A DNA stretch of 64,000 nt from Malacoraja senta. Lineage: Eukaryota. Below, piece by piece: positions 27,601-39,300 of this stretch (its first letter is position 1; every line of letters begins with the position of its first letter). The notes beneath the pieces are model-generated. The model had not been told where the DNA came from. It did no database searches and was given only the letters and a program-made list of their open reading frames with translations. The position numbers and the translations under genes are program-made. The stretch is from contig CM075991.1 of NCBI GenBank assembly GCA_038087875.1, forward strand, positions 10,046,001 through 10,110,000, in the 5' to 3' direction.

Positions 27601-30600
27601 CCCATCAAATACCAGCCCTCTCATTGCTTCTATGACTCGTTCCACACCATGCTGTAGGAGTGGTGACCTCATAAATCATCTCATTGAGGCAGGAGCACCA
27701 GCAGAGGGCCAAGCCTTCGAACAGTTGCCGGCAGTGTTGTGCACCATCAGGGAGTTAGGCGTACGTACTAGGCTCCCAACACATCATTGCAGTCAGTGGC
27801 TGATTTCAACGATCACTTAGTGCTGATTCCACTGACTCTCTAGTTCCCAAGAATGAGTGGGGACAGTCTAAGGAGTTGGGACCAATGAGAAATGTATTTA
27901 CGCAGAGACTGTAAATCTTTGCAATTCTATTCCTAAGGGGGCACCGGATGCTCAATTGTTGTATATATTCAATTAAAGGGGAAAGCATATTTCTCTACAT
28001 TGATGTAAGAGGATATGGGAACATTGTGGACTTCAGATACATAAGCTACGATATTGAATTCAGTTCAAACTGCTGCCTGGCCTACTCTTACTTGGATTCT
28101 TATGAGCTTACCAGGTACATTCCTCCTTGCTCTTCTTTCCTTAGGGTGAGGCACTTGCAATTTAAAATCCTGCAAATGTAAAAATAATACATTAAAATGT
28201 ACATCCAAACAAATACCACTATATGCATTTAACAACTACCTCATGTTCTCACTTGTTTGCAACTGTAAAAGGTACAAGGGCGCAGGAAACAACTCAATGT
28301 GAAGAAACTGAATGCTCCAGTCATTATTACAATGCAGGAGGCCATTCATCCCATTCTAACAGAAACAAGGCAATTAATAAATGTTAGTATTTGTTCTCAT
28401 ATACATGAATAAATATGTCAATGTCTGAAATATCAAACATTATACACAAACAGCCCTTGGATAGGATTTGTACAATTATCTGCCCATACCTGTAATAATT
28501 TGGGCACAACTATTGCAAAGAAACTGTTACCCGTCTTCACGCATCATTCCGATTAATATAATAATAAACTTCATTTCGGACTCAAGGTCCAGACAAGGGG
28601 CAACATTACATAAAAATGCATTGCATATTAAAAAGTATCATAAAGTATATAAAATCTTAGTATATCACTTATAAAAGCATCATAAATTATATATTAAAAA
28701 AAAACACAATACATGAATTAAAATCCAGAATAAATGAATGATCAATGTCCTACAACGATTGAATACCTTCAATATGATAGTCATTCTTGGAGAGCTCTAA
28801 TGCCAGTTCCCGAAAACCATATTTTATGACTATCAACAGGTTGGAAAATAGTAGGCAAGCCCAAGCTTGTTCTGGTTTAATCCATCAAATTCCCTATCTT
28901 TGTACCAATGAACAATGTGATTAAGAATAAAGAAATAGGCAGCGAAAAAGGCCAATTTATTTTCCCCTCACTAGCCCGGATACCCTGAAAATCATTATGA
29001 CCAGATCGAGAACATTAGGCTCAGCATATACCAGGGATGATGAACCATGGAAAATCCCAAATCCTATGGTGTGCATTGCTCAGTTCCATCATAGTAATGA
29101 AGCTACTCACAGGCTCAATCTTTTAATAAAGACTTAACCTTCAAAATCACATTTTTAAAAAAAAGACATACCTGTTCTGGTACATATTTGGCGGATCCTA
29201 AAGTCAAGTTTTCAAAATCCTGGTCCTCAAACCTGCACAACCAATTACACAAAATTAAGTACTTTTTAAATTAAAAATCAAAGTAACCTAAATTCTAAAA
29301 TAAAACTTCAAATCTTTCTGCTGCATCTGTCACTTTATCAGGTAGACCAAACATATTGGACCCCCTTAATCCTCAGCTATCCTTGCAATTTCCCAGATAA
29401 TTAGCAGCATCATTGAAAACAAAATGGCAATGGCTTTGTATGAAGAAATAACAGAATAATAAACTGCTTAATCTACAGTTCTTTTTTTTTTGTATGATCA
29501 AGATAAAACAAAAATGTTTTTGGCTATTTGTTCAACTTCAAAGCATACCTGACATCATTTGATATCCACAAACAATATATAAAGTTTTTGTGCAAGCCGT
29601 TAGGTTTCTACACCCAAAAAGTCAAGCACATTGCCTACTTTATGGCAGCAACCAACTTCAGTTATTTGATGAGGCCAAGAACAAACTCAAGAGTTGCTCA
29701 ATTTGGATCAGAATTGCCTTCTCAAATCAGTAATGACTTCATTTATACAAGTCTCTACCCGTTATTTGCATCACTAAACACGAGAACCTATGTTAATTAT
29801 GAAAAGATACATGGTGTAGTTATTACCTGTCAGATTCACTTAAAGCTGTAATAAATGTTTTCATCAGGTTAACATCACATACATTTCCATTCAAAGGTGT
29901 AGCATTATTTAGATTTTTTGAATTCACCTGGAGAAAGGTAAATATGTAATTTATTAAAAGGTAAATCTGATATCACTTTCATCACCATTTAAAAAAGTAT
30001 TCATTTCTCGCATATTGTTATTTAGCCAGAATACCCAATATCTCAAAGTTAATAGAAACCAACGCAATTGCATCAATTTTTCTTCTAATCACTGTTCAAA
30101 ATTATTGCTAAAATAATCTCATAATATTGCATTACAATCGAGTATCCTTTTTTAGATTAGTCCATTGTTACAGAATGTATGCAAATTAACAACAAAATGG
30201 TTTTCTTATCAACACATCAAAATCAAACACCATCTTTAAAACATAGAATACATTTCGTTCTAGCCTTCATCCACCCATTTAAGGTTTGGTGACTACAAGT
30301 GAGTAAAATACAAAGACAAACATTTATAAAAGTTTGAAATATTATGATTTTTAATTACTATCCTACTTCAACTGTTCTTTTGAAGTAGACCAAGTCAGAT
30401 ATAGTGAGTTAGCATTGAAATAGCATTGAGTTAGCGAGCAATAGGCTTTCAATGATGAGAAATTTGAAAGACTTTTTGAAAATTTGAAACCCATGTTATA
30501 ACACATGGGTTGAAGCATTCACTGCTCCCTATAATCCACGTACAGTTCATTTTGCATAAATACACTGTACATAGCTACCACCTTCCTTATACGTTATTGT

Positions 30601-30959
30601 CAATGTGAACAATACCCATATCTAACCTTCCATCTTGCAATATCTGGAAAACAAATGCAACTAGAAATATTTTAAATCTGTTTTAGACAATAAATAATAC
30701 CTAACAATCATTTTTCACATTGATTATATTTTACTGCTTTATCATTCATGTAAACAGAATCAATCTATCTAAAAATCAGCACCAGGATCATACAAGTATT
30801 CTTCCATTCAATACCGTCTCTTGCTCTACAAATTTACGTTAGTATAAGCATTTAGTCACAGTGGCAGCAATACTTACTTCATTGTTCTCGTACATTTCTA
30901 ATTGGTAATGTTCTCCTGCCAAATCAATGTCCTTGGTGATCTCATCAAATTTTGACCCC
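11207..30959 (-). CDS. CDCA2: CDCA2 / Repo-Man (PP1 regulatory subunit, Ki-67 paralog); spliced model join(30878-30959,29827-29927,29172-29232,28112-28169,26431-26763,25507-25761,24369-24481,24063-24165,23279-23520,23171-23219,20099-20314,15298-16022,14029-14221,11207-12606)
   Basis: Phase-consistent GT-AG exons give one open frame of ~1310 aa. Motifs recognised: KKKVTFGGELTPELFDKRLPSNTPLRRG (PP1-binding), VGARGSPETNSLI, MTPETF, KKSLYGKREYASKKPLLSPIAE. There is no Ki-67 repeat exon. Confidence 0.92.
14029..14221 (-). CDS. CDCA2: CDCA2 exon with LSPIxE (PP2A-B56 docking) motif
   Basis: ATKGKCKQKFKKSLYGKREYASKKPLLSPIAE; cag| acceptor and G|gtaagt donor; phases 0/1. Confidence 0.92.
15298..16022 (-). 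CDS. CDCA2: CDCA2 internal exon (low complexity)
   Basis: Lies within the 300-aa ORF; tag| acceptor and TCA|gtaagc donor; phases 1/0 match neighbours. Confidence 0.85.
17386..18670 (+). mobile_element. CR1/HER1-type LINE, 5'-truncated, intact RT C-terminal ORF (397 aa) plus 3' tail
   Basis: YLDFQKAFDKVPH, GVPQGSVLGP, KFADDTK, RPHLEYCVQFW; tail ctattttctatgt. Confidence 0.95.
20099..20314 (-). CDS. CDCA2: CDCA2 internal exon (alternative donor possible at 20123)
   Basis: Open frame QWIQAYRFELF...; cag| acceptor; phase-1 donors AAG|gtgtgt or CAA|gtaaac. Confidence 0.7.
23171..23219 (-). CDS. CDCA2: CDCA2 putative 49-nt exon (IDQTSGIPEFKKMKLK)
   Basis: ttcag| acceptor and AAG|gtattt donor; reconciles phase 0 to phase 1, but requires a 59-nt upstream intron. 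Confidence 0.5.
23279..23520 (-). CDS. CDCA2: CDCA2 PP1-binding (RVxF-type KVTF) exon
   Basis: KKKVTFGGELTPELFDKRLPSNTPLRRGEMP is the Ki-67/Repo-Man PP1-binding domain; ttttag| acceptor and ACG|gtaaac donor. Confidence 0.95.
24063..24165 (-). CDS. CDCA2: CDCA2 exon (ESQRVSMMKSKMAAFMGTFQ...)
   Basis: Canonical splice sites, phases 0/1; resembles the recalled CDCA2 'LRERISAFQSAF' segment. Confidence 0.8.
24369..24481 (-). CDS. CDCA2: CDCA2 exon (RRVSSVGARGSPETNSLICYIAKQ)
   Basis: Conserved CDCA2 N-terminal GARGSPETN motif; phases 1/0. Confidence 0.9.
25507..25761 (-). CDS. CDCA2: CDCA2 exon (...QWKMTPETFNLNSAG)
   Basis: Resembles the recalled CDCA2 'QLGITPESFVRNSAG' segment; phases 1/1. Confidence 0.85.
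26431..26763 (-). CDS. CDCA2: CDCA2 exon
   Basis: 333-nt open exon; cag| acceptor and AAG|gtaaac donor; phases 1/1. Confidence 0.78.
28112..28169 (-). CDS. CDCA2: CDCA2 exon (DFKLQVPHPKERRARRNVP)
   Basis: ttgcag| acceptor and CTG|gtaagc donor; phases 0/1. Confidence 0.72.
29172..29232 (-). CDS. CDCA2: CDCA2 exon (R|FEDQDFENLTLGSAKYVPEQ), end of FHA-like region
   Basis: gtgcag| acceptor and CAG|gtatgt donor; phases 2/0. Confidence 0.72.
29827..29927 (-). CDS. CDCA2: CDCA2 exon, degenerate FHA-like (VNSKNLNNATPLNGNV...)
   Basis: ctccag| acceptor and CAG|gtaata donor; phases 0/2. Confidence 0.7.
30878..30959 (-). CDS. CDCA2: CDCA2 exon, degenerate FHA-like (GSKFDEITKDIDLAGEHYQLEMYENNE)
   Basis: ttttaag| acceptor and GAA|gtaagt donor; phases 2/0. 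Confidence 0.68.
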
Positions 30960-32208
30960 CTTAAAAAAAAAGGCAGGTGGGAAATGATATTCACAATAGT
31001 AGGTAATACATCAGATATGCCAAACTTTATCTAGAATCAATATCTTCTACTGGCTTACATTGTTAACTGCAATGTTCAGTGCTGAAACTATCTGCACATG
31101 GGAGGAGGAAAATAAGTCAAACTGACAAAAAGTCAAAAGTGGTTGGTAGACAATGATTATCTGCTGGTTCCGACATCATTCGAACTCAATAAAAAACCTC
31201 AATGGTTATCCCCATTATACACAGTAGGTCCCATTAACATTCTGCGCTTCCAAATTTAGTCTCCACATGGCAACATTCTTCTGATATTTCAAATCAGGAT
31301 GATATTGGAACACAAATGAATATTAAAAATTTCTATTCAAAGGCAAAAGCTGCTGATGCTGGAAAAATAAAGGAAGAAAGTGCTTTCAAACACTGAGTTT
31401 AAAGCTTTGCAAATTTTATGGTCAATATTTCTTCATCAGTTAGCAGCGAAACAAAATTGGCCATAAAACTATAGAAGCAGTCATTTTGTGCAAAATAAAT
31501 AGGAGAAACTTGTGCCTAACATGCAAATAGTTGCTGAACTCAAAATTAATTAATCATTAATGATGCACTGTGTGATACATATAAGATTTACCTAAATCAT
31601 TTAAACTGAGAACTTATTTTGGGTGCCGATGAGTAGTACAACGTGGAAAAATTAAATCACTCTTTGAGTACAAATTGCTGTAATTAACAAAAATCATATG
31701 CGAGGTTTAAAAGTTTTGATTACAAATTATGTAACCAGCATAACTTATTTTTATTTATCCCTCAATAAAATTTTCACACGTGCACACATGTCAAATGTTG
31801 ACCTGAAGATTAACATAACTTAATCCTTCCAGTCAAGAAGACGTTGGGAGGTATATTTCAGGATTTAGGTGCAATGATGAATGAGGAACACCAATACATT
31901 TCCAAGCCAGGATGATGTGTGCCTTGGATGCAACCAAGAGATGGTTGTGATTCCTCCTCCATGCTGCCCTTATCCGACAAAGAATTCTGACCTGAAACGT
32001 TGCCTGTCCATTTTCATACGGTGTGAAAACGATCAAAGCAGACGATGATCATGGAGGAAAAGACACAAAATGCTGGAGAGTAACTCAGCATCTCTGGAGA
32101 GAAGGAATGGATGACATTTTGGGTCACGACCCTTCCTCGGGGAGGGGGAGACTAGGGGCATGTTAGGGTTAGGTGTAAACGACAGATAAAAGCAGATGAT
32201 GATAGACA

Positions 32209-32890
32209 AGGCCCTAACTCGGGTCTCCTCGGTATCTCGCAGCTCCGCTCTTGCTCCCCTTCCTCCCCAGTCGCAAAGGAGATAGAGTCCCCCTAGTCCT
32301 CACCTTTCACCCCATCGGCTGTCGCATACAGCACATTTTCACCGCCTCCAACGGGGCCCCACCACGAGCCACATCTTCCCAGCTCGACCCCTTTCCAGAG
32401 ACCGTTTCCTCAGCAATTCCCTGGTTAATTCATCCCTTCCCACCCAAACCACCCCCTACACAGGTACTTTCCCCTGCAACCACAGGTGCGACAACTGTCC
32501 CTCCTCCCTCGACACTGTCCAAGGACCCTGACAGTCCTTTCAGGTGAGGCCGAGGTTCACTTTCACTTCCTCCAACCTTATCTACTGTATCCACTGCTCC
32601 AGGTGAGGACTACTATATATCGGCGAGACCAAGCGCAGGTTCGGCGATCATTTCGCTGAACAACCCCGCTCAGTCCACCTAGGCCTACCCAATCTCCCGG
32701 TTGCCAAACACTTTAACTCCCCCTCTCATTCCCACTCTGACCTTTCTATCCTGCGCCTCCTCCATTGGCAGAGTGAGGCCCAACGCAAATTGGAGGAACA
32801 GCACCTCATATTTCACTTTGGCAGCTTACAAAGACCCGAGTTAGTTACAACCCAGCAGTATGAATATTGATTTCTCTAACTTCAAGTAAC
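32209..32890 (+). mobile_element. Penelope-like element remnant with GIY-YIG endonuclease
   Basis: DRVPLVLTFHP; NLIYCIHCS...LYIGETKRR; RKLEEQHLIF. Confidence 0.85.
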
Positions 32891-34325
32891 CCTTGCTTTC
32901 CCTCTCTCTGCCCTTCCCCCACCCTAGTTCTCCAACTAGTTTCACTGTCCTCCTGATTAATTTAACTGATTGTATGCCTCCTTGTCACAGTCCTCCTTGT
33001 CTCAGCTAACAATGTTTCCTTCTCTCATTGAATGGGTGGTGTTCAGGTCGAGACCCTTCTTCATACTGCTGAGCAATAATCTGTAGAGATGCTGCCTGAC
33101 CCGCTGACATACTCCAGTATTTTATGTCTATCTTCGGTGAAACCAGTGTCTGCAAGGACGGTTCCACACAATGTCTTTGATCTTCATCTCTTATGGTGTC
33201 TCGTTTTCACATCTTACCCTTCCCCAGTGTCTCCCTCTCCCCTGACTCTCAATCTGAAGAAGGGTTTTGACCCAAAACATCACTTATTCCTTCTCTCCAG
33301 AGATGCTGCCTGTCCCACTGAGTTACTCCAGCATTTTGTGTCTGTCAGTGGATAGGTGATCTTTCGGGTCTGGTCTGAAGAAGGGTCCGGACCCAAAAGG
33401 TCACTTATCCACGTTCTCCAGAGATGTTGCCTGACTCGCTGAGTAACTCGAGCACTTTGTGTCCCTTTGAACCGAGTGTTATCCAAGCCTCAGCCCGGGG
33501 CTCCGGGCAGCCATTTGGCGTTGTGTGTAGGAAGGAACTGCAGATGCTGGTTTAAACTGAGGATAGACACAAAAAGCTGGAGTAACTCAGCGAGTCAGGC
33601 AGCATGTGTGGATAAAAATAGGTGAAGTTTTGGGCCGGAACCCTTCTTTAGATTGAGAGTCAGGGGAGAGGGAAACTAGAGATATAGATGGGTGAGGTGT
33701 GAAAAGGACAGATCAAAGCAAGGACAGTCTGAAGAAGGGTTTCGGCCCGAAACGTTGCCCATTTCCTTCGCTCCATAGATGCTGCTGCACCCGCTGAGTT
33801 TCTCCAGCACTTTTGTGTACCGTTGATGTAGGCAATGTAGAATGGTTCATTGTTGGCTGAGGGGAAGTTGACAACGAGGCATACAGGAAGTAAAATTAAT
33901 CAGGATGGCAGTGAAACTAGTCGGAAAACTAGGGTGGAAAGGGACAAAGAAGTTAGAGAAATCAATATTCATACCGAAGATAGACACAAAATGCTGGAGT
34001 TACTCAGCGGGACAGGCAGCATCTCTGTGGAGAAGGAATGGGTGATGTTTCGGGTCGAGACCCTTCTTCAGACCGTTGGGTTGTAAGCTGCAGAGATGCT
34101 GCCTGACCCGCTGCTGTTGTGTCCCTTTGAACCAAGTGTTATCCGAGCCTCAGCCCGGGGCTCTGGGCCGCCATTTGCCGTTGTGTGTGTGTGGGAAAAG
34201 ATCTGCAGATGTTGGTTTAACTTTAAACCGAGGATATCGACAACAAAAAGCCGGAGTAACTCAGCCGGTCAGGCAGCATCTGTGGAGAGAAGGAATGGGT
34301 GACGTTTCGGGGGGAGAAACGCCTT

Positions 34326-34525
34326 NNNNNNNNNNNNNNNNNNNNNNNNNNNNNNNNNNNNNNNNNNNNNNNNNNNNNNNNNNNNNNNNNNNNNNNNNNN
34401 NNNNNNNNNNNNNNNNNNNNNNNNNNNNNNNNNNNNNNNNNNNNNNNNNNNNNNNNNNNNNNNNNNNNNNNNNNNNNNNNNNNNNNNNNNNNNNNNNNNN
34501 NNNNNNNNNNNNNNNNNNNNNNNNN
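34326..34525. other. Assembly gap (200 N)
   Basis: Run of N. Confidence 1.
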
Positions 34526-34703
34526 CTCAGTCACCCAGGCCTGGTGGGCTGGCAGCTCAGTCACCCAGGGCTGGTGGGCTGGCAGCTCAGTCACCCAGGG
34601 CTGGTGGGCTGGCAGCTCAGTCACTCAGGGCTGGTGGGCTGGCAGCTCAGTTACTCAGGACTGGTGGGCTGGCAGATCAGTCACTCAGGGCTGGTGGGCT
34701 GGC
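34526..34703. repeat. 30-bp minisatellite (ctcagtcacccagggctggtgggctggcag) x~6
   Basis: Direct tandem copies abutting the gap. Confidence 0.95.
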
Positions 34704-34738
34704 ATTTCACTCACGGCTATTCCTTGAAATTCCATTTG

Positions 34739-35003
34739 AAGCAGAGTGCAGGCCACCACATTCAATTTCATAGCATTTCAAGCAGAGTGCAGGCCACCAC
34801 ATTCAATTTCATAGCATTTCAAGCAGAGTGCAGGCCACCACATTCAATTTCATTGCATTTCAAGCAGAGTGCAGGCCACCACATTCAATTTCATAGCATC
34901 TCAAGCAGAGTGCAGGCCACCACTTTCAATTTCATAGCATTTCAAACAGAGTGCAGGCCACCACATTCAATGTCATAGCATTCCAAGCAGAGTGCAGGCC
35001 ACC
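34739..35003. repeat. 41-bp minisatellite (aagcagagtgcaggccaccacattcaatttcatagcatttc) x~6.5
   Basis: Direct tandem copies. Confidence 0.95.
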
Positions 35004-36294
35004 AAATTGCCAAACAACTAATTGCATTGTCATTAAGGGCTAACAAATCATTTATTGCAAGTACATTGCATACACACAGTTCAGTTGATTCACAGCTTAG
35101 TTGTGTACTCTCCCTCGCGATTTTCCAGAGTGACTGACTCACGTCCAGGCATCTGGGGTTTTATAGTCCTGCCCCCCCCCCAGAAGGGGCGTTACCTTCA
35201 TCGTGATGATTGACAGGCGAGAGGACCAATCAGCTGATCTCAAGATTTTTTAAACACTCATAACTTTTTTATTTTTCATTGATCCGAAAAATCCTCGGAG
35301 CTGCCTCAGTGGAGGAGGACTGTGAGTAAGATGGCCAAATATCATAGCGATATATGGTAATGTTTTTTCTAAAATCAATATACAGCGCAGACAGGAAGTG
35401 GTCAAGATGAGACTTTTAGTTATATAGATATATATATATATAGTGTGTATATATATATGTGTGTATACATACATGTATGTGCGTATGTATGTTATGCATA
35501 ATTATGGGGAGGTAAGATACAATGACAATTTTGCATGCATGACGGACATAAATTCAGGGAAAATATAATCTATATATAAATTACACATATCTTCTGCAAG
35601 ACAGTGGGGGGAAAAAGGCAGCAAAACAAAACCAAGTCGGAAAGTGCAAAATATCTAATTAGATGATAGCTCCATGGTAGTGTGAGAGGTCCATAATGTT
35701 TGAGGACAAGATTTGGGTTGTGCTGGTTAAGAACCTGATGATTGTATTAAAGCATCTGTCCCTGAACCTGGCAGTGTGGGTCTTCAGGCTTCTCTACGTT
35801 CTGCCTGACAGAAGGAGTGAGAAGAGGGCAAGGCACTGTGCATTACACCAGAATCTAAGACCATAAGAAGATACATGTATTTTTCCTCTGTAACTCTGTG
35901 GGCTTCCTTGGACTGTTACGGTTTCCTCCCACATCCCAATGATATGTGGTTTGTTAGGTTAACTGGCCACTGTAAATGTCACTGGGTGTGCGGGTGAGTG
36001 GTAGAATCTTGAGGGAGTGGATGCGAATGTGTGGAGAATAAAATAAGATTTTGTAAAATTAACTGTAAAATTAATGTCAGCGGGCTCTTAAAGTTGGCAC
36101 TGATTTGGTGGGCCAAAATAAATTTGTTGTTCCTATGCTGCATAACTGAGTGATCTGTGTAACTTTGACTCAAATAGAAAATTCATGATGTAAGTAAGAC
36201 AAATAATAAAATCCACAGCTTTTACTGTAGATGAACATATTTAGAACATGCATTATCATTGGAAAGATGTTGATATATTACACTGATCATCTGG

Positions 36295-36340
36295 ATGAGA
36301 AGAGCCCTCATGTTTGCCATGTTTGGAAGTGCGATTGCTG
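36295..36340 (+). CDS. SEC24C-like: SEC24-like putative first coding exon ([15 protein letters not shown])
   Basis: ATG after an in-frame stop; CTG|gtatgc phase-1 donor matches the next exon; no homology support. Confidence 0.35.
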
Positions 36341-39300
36341 GTATGCTTAGTATTCTATCATAGTTGACACAAACCCCATTTTGGAGACTGGTTGTCTTGC
36401 AAAGTTATACCATAATAAAATTAACTTGGTTTCAATTTTACAGTTGGGGTGGGGGGAGCTCCACGCAATCTTTGAAACTATTTTTGTATTTTATTTTGCA
36501 GAGAATAATCCACCAACTTTTCCAAACAAATGCAACGGATCAATTCACACAACTTCGAAATGTGATGTCAATTCTAATTGCCTAGATTACAATGGTGCCC
36601 CTACTGCCCCTTACTCCTCCAGTGGTCCACCAAATCCTGTCCACTTATTGAACAGCACCATGCCCACTTCGTATTCCAGACCATCTACATTCCCCAGTCA
36701 AGGGCAGCATCTGAACTCTGGTTTTCAGCCAATACTCCAGAGCGACCACCTACCACAGCCAGACAGTAAGTGTTTGATCATCTTAAATTCAGGGTGATTC
36801 AAAAGTTCCGTCTTTGTTCAACTTTATTCAAAAGTTCCGTCTTTGTGGAGCTCACAGAACAAGATCAAAAGTTGGAGGCCATTTTAAATTAGATCATTAG
36901 TGTGGGTGTTTATGGGCAAGGTAGGGGCGGCACGGTGGCGCAGCGGTAGAGTTGTTGCCTTACAGCGCTTGCAGCGCCGGAGACCTGGGTTCGATGCCAA
37001 CTGTGGGTGCTGTCTGAACGGAGTTTGTATGTTCTCCCCGTGACCCTGTGGTTTTTCTCCGAGGTCTTCAGTTTAAATGGAATTAATTTTGAACAGCTTC
37101 CTGATTTGAGCAGCGTTTTCTTTTGAGACGTTTGAGTGGTTCTAAATGCTTCCTGGTTTTGTTCCCTGGTACATTGTGTGGGGCATATGGTAATTACGTT
37201 ATAGAGTTTACTGACCTGCCGTAAGCATGCTTATATCCAGGGCGATGTGCTCTTACGCTGAGTTTGGGTCCTCGGTTATTGTGATGTTTTATGGAATGTT
37301 ACAAATCTAAAATGATATATTACTTTAAGGCATTTCATCTCAATGAGGTTCATTGAGAAACTATGAATGTCAAATGCATTGGTTTATTGGGGCAGCAGCA
37401 GCACAACAGGCAAAGCTGCCTCTTCATGCCTCCAGAGACCTGGGTTTGATACTGACCTCAGGCGCTATCTGTCTTGAGTTTACATCTTGTGCCTCTGACC
37501 GCATGGGCTTCCTTCAGTTGCTTTGGTTTCCTCTCACAATCCAAAGATTCATGGGTCGGTAGACTTATGGGCCACTATAATTGCCCTCTAATTTGTAGGT
37601 GAGTTATGGCGTTGGGGGCAGTTAATGAGAATAAAATGGGATTAGTGTAAATGAGTGGTCGATGGTCATTGCAGATTCAGTTTCCATGCAGTCATTAAAC
37701 TTCATTAAAGGCAGACGTCTGGTCAGACGTCCAATTTGACATTCTGAATCTAAATAATTCTTTTCTCAGGATGGAAATATCAAATACCAGAAGGCGTAGT
37801 TTTAAGGTGAGAGGAGCAGATTTTGAAGGAGATGTGTGGGAAAGTTTTTTTTAACACAGATTGAGTCAGCAGCCATGGATGGTGGTGGAGGCAGATATGA
37901 TTATCACATTGAAGAGACCATTGGATAGGCACATGGGGGAATGGAGAGATATGGATTATGTGGCAGGCAGATAAGAGTTGATCTTGGCATCAAGTTCAGC
38001 ACAAGCATTGACGGGTCGATGGGCCTGTTCCTGTGCATACTGTCCTGTTATATGTTCTAAAGTGGAAGTTTTCAACCACCAAGTGGGATAATGCTGTTTG
38101 TAGATTCAAATGTACTGTTTTCTTTACATTTCCCTTCCTCAGGTTCTCAAACACCAAGTCACAAACTATACGGTCCTTTCATCACTGGAGCAGGAGAGGG
38201 TACTGTTCATTCAGACCCTGCAGCTGAACCTGTAAGTAGATCTAATGTGAGCCTGTGGACTTGGACCATTGGGTCTCCTCAACGTGGCAGCTCACCCTAG
38301 CCACATGACCCTGATGCTAGCAGTCACATTAAAAGTAACTCTAAAGCTGGTTGGGGTGAGCATGGAATAGTTGGGAGGCCTTGATGAGAAAATTAACCAA
38401 ATAGTAAAAAAGAATGTGTAGGCGGGAACTGCAGATGCTGGTTTACACTGAAGATAGACACAAAATGCTGGAGTAACTCAGTGGGACAGGCAGCATCTCT
38501 GGATAGAAGGGAATGGGTGAGGTTTCAGGTTGAGATCCTTCTTCAGACTGAGTCAGGGGAGAGGGAGACACAGAGATATGGAAGGGTAAGGAGTGAAGAT
38601 GAGAGATCAAAGGGGACAAATCTCCAGGAAAATGTAGAATAGATCATTGTTCGCTTGGGGAAGGTGACAATGGAATAAAGGGAATTAAGATGCAAGGCAT
38701 GAAGATCTCATTGAATGGCAGAACACCCTCAAACGCAGGAGCGATCTTACATTTCAATGTTCCTATAATCTGTAACAATTGTATTCCTCATGGAATTTTT
38801 TTTTTTAATTAAAAAAAATATATATATTTATTTTTTATTAGAAGCAATGTACATACATCTTAATCATGATATGCAACATAATGCGTTTCGTGTACAATTT
38901 TTAAAAACTTTAACCAGTAATAGAAAAAGAGAAAAGAGAAAGAAGAGAAGAATGAGGATAGTAGTGGAGTGTAGTCCGCAGTAGTTGGCGTTAAATGAAT
39001 GATGATGGTTAGGTAAACTGCGTGCTTGAAAGTGTGAAAAAAACAAAACAAAAAAAACACAAAGGCCCCAAAGAGAAGAGGGCCTTAAGAAAAGAAAGGA
39101 AATAAGTAAGAATCCAAAGAAGGTAGAGCGAAACAAAAAAGAAAGGGAATGTGCCTAATTCATAATGATTCACACCCATCACCTAGTTCTAAAACATGCA
39201 AAATAAGTTGTATCATAGGGGTTGAATACTAAATCGATCATATCATAACTATTTTCAGAAATTGTGGCAGAAGTTCAAAAAGTGTGATGTTTTAACTTGC

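Larger units (their letters stand above)
34526..35428 (-). mobile_element. Probable non-autonomous Helitron with internal minisatellites; 3' end lost in the gap
   Basis: Minus-strand start A|TCTATATAACTAAAAG in an (AT)n tract; internal tandem arrays. Confidence 0.5.

Noticed and set aside
11207..30959. Calling the minus-strand gene MKI67
   Set aside because: There is no large Ki-67 repeat exon, and the CDCA2-specific GARGSPETN and SKKPLLSPIxE motifs are present.
33420..34325. Duplicated ~230-bp block (33420-33640 vs 34093-34325) as a real segmental duplication
   Set aside because: The second copy abuts the gap and is full of small indels, consistent with a low-quality contig end. It cannot be trusted without reads.
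34526..35003. CRISPR-like array or repetitive protein ORF (34076-34978)
   Set aside because: These are head-to-tail repeats with no unique spacers in a eukaryotic context, and the ORF spans Ns.
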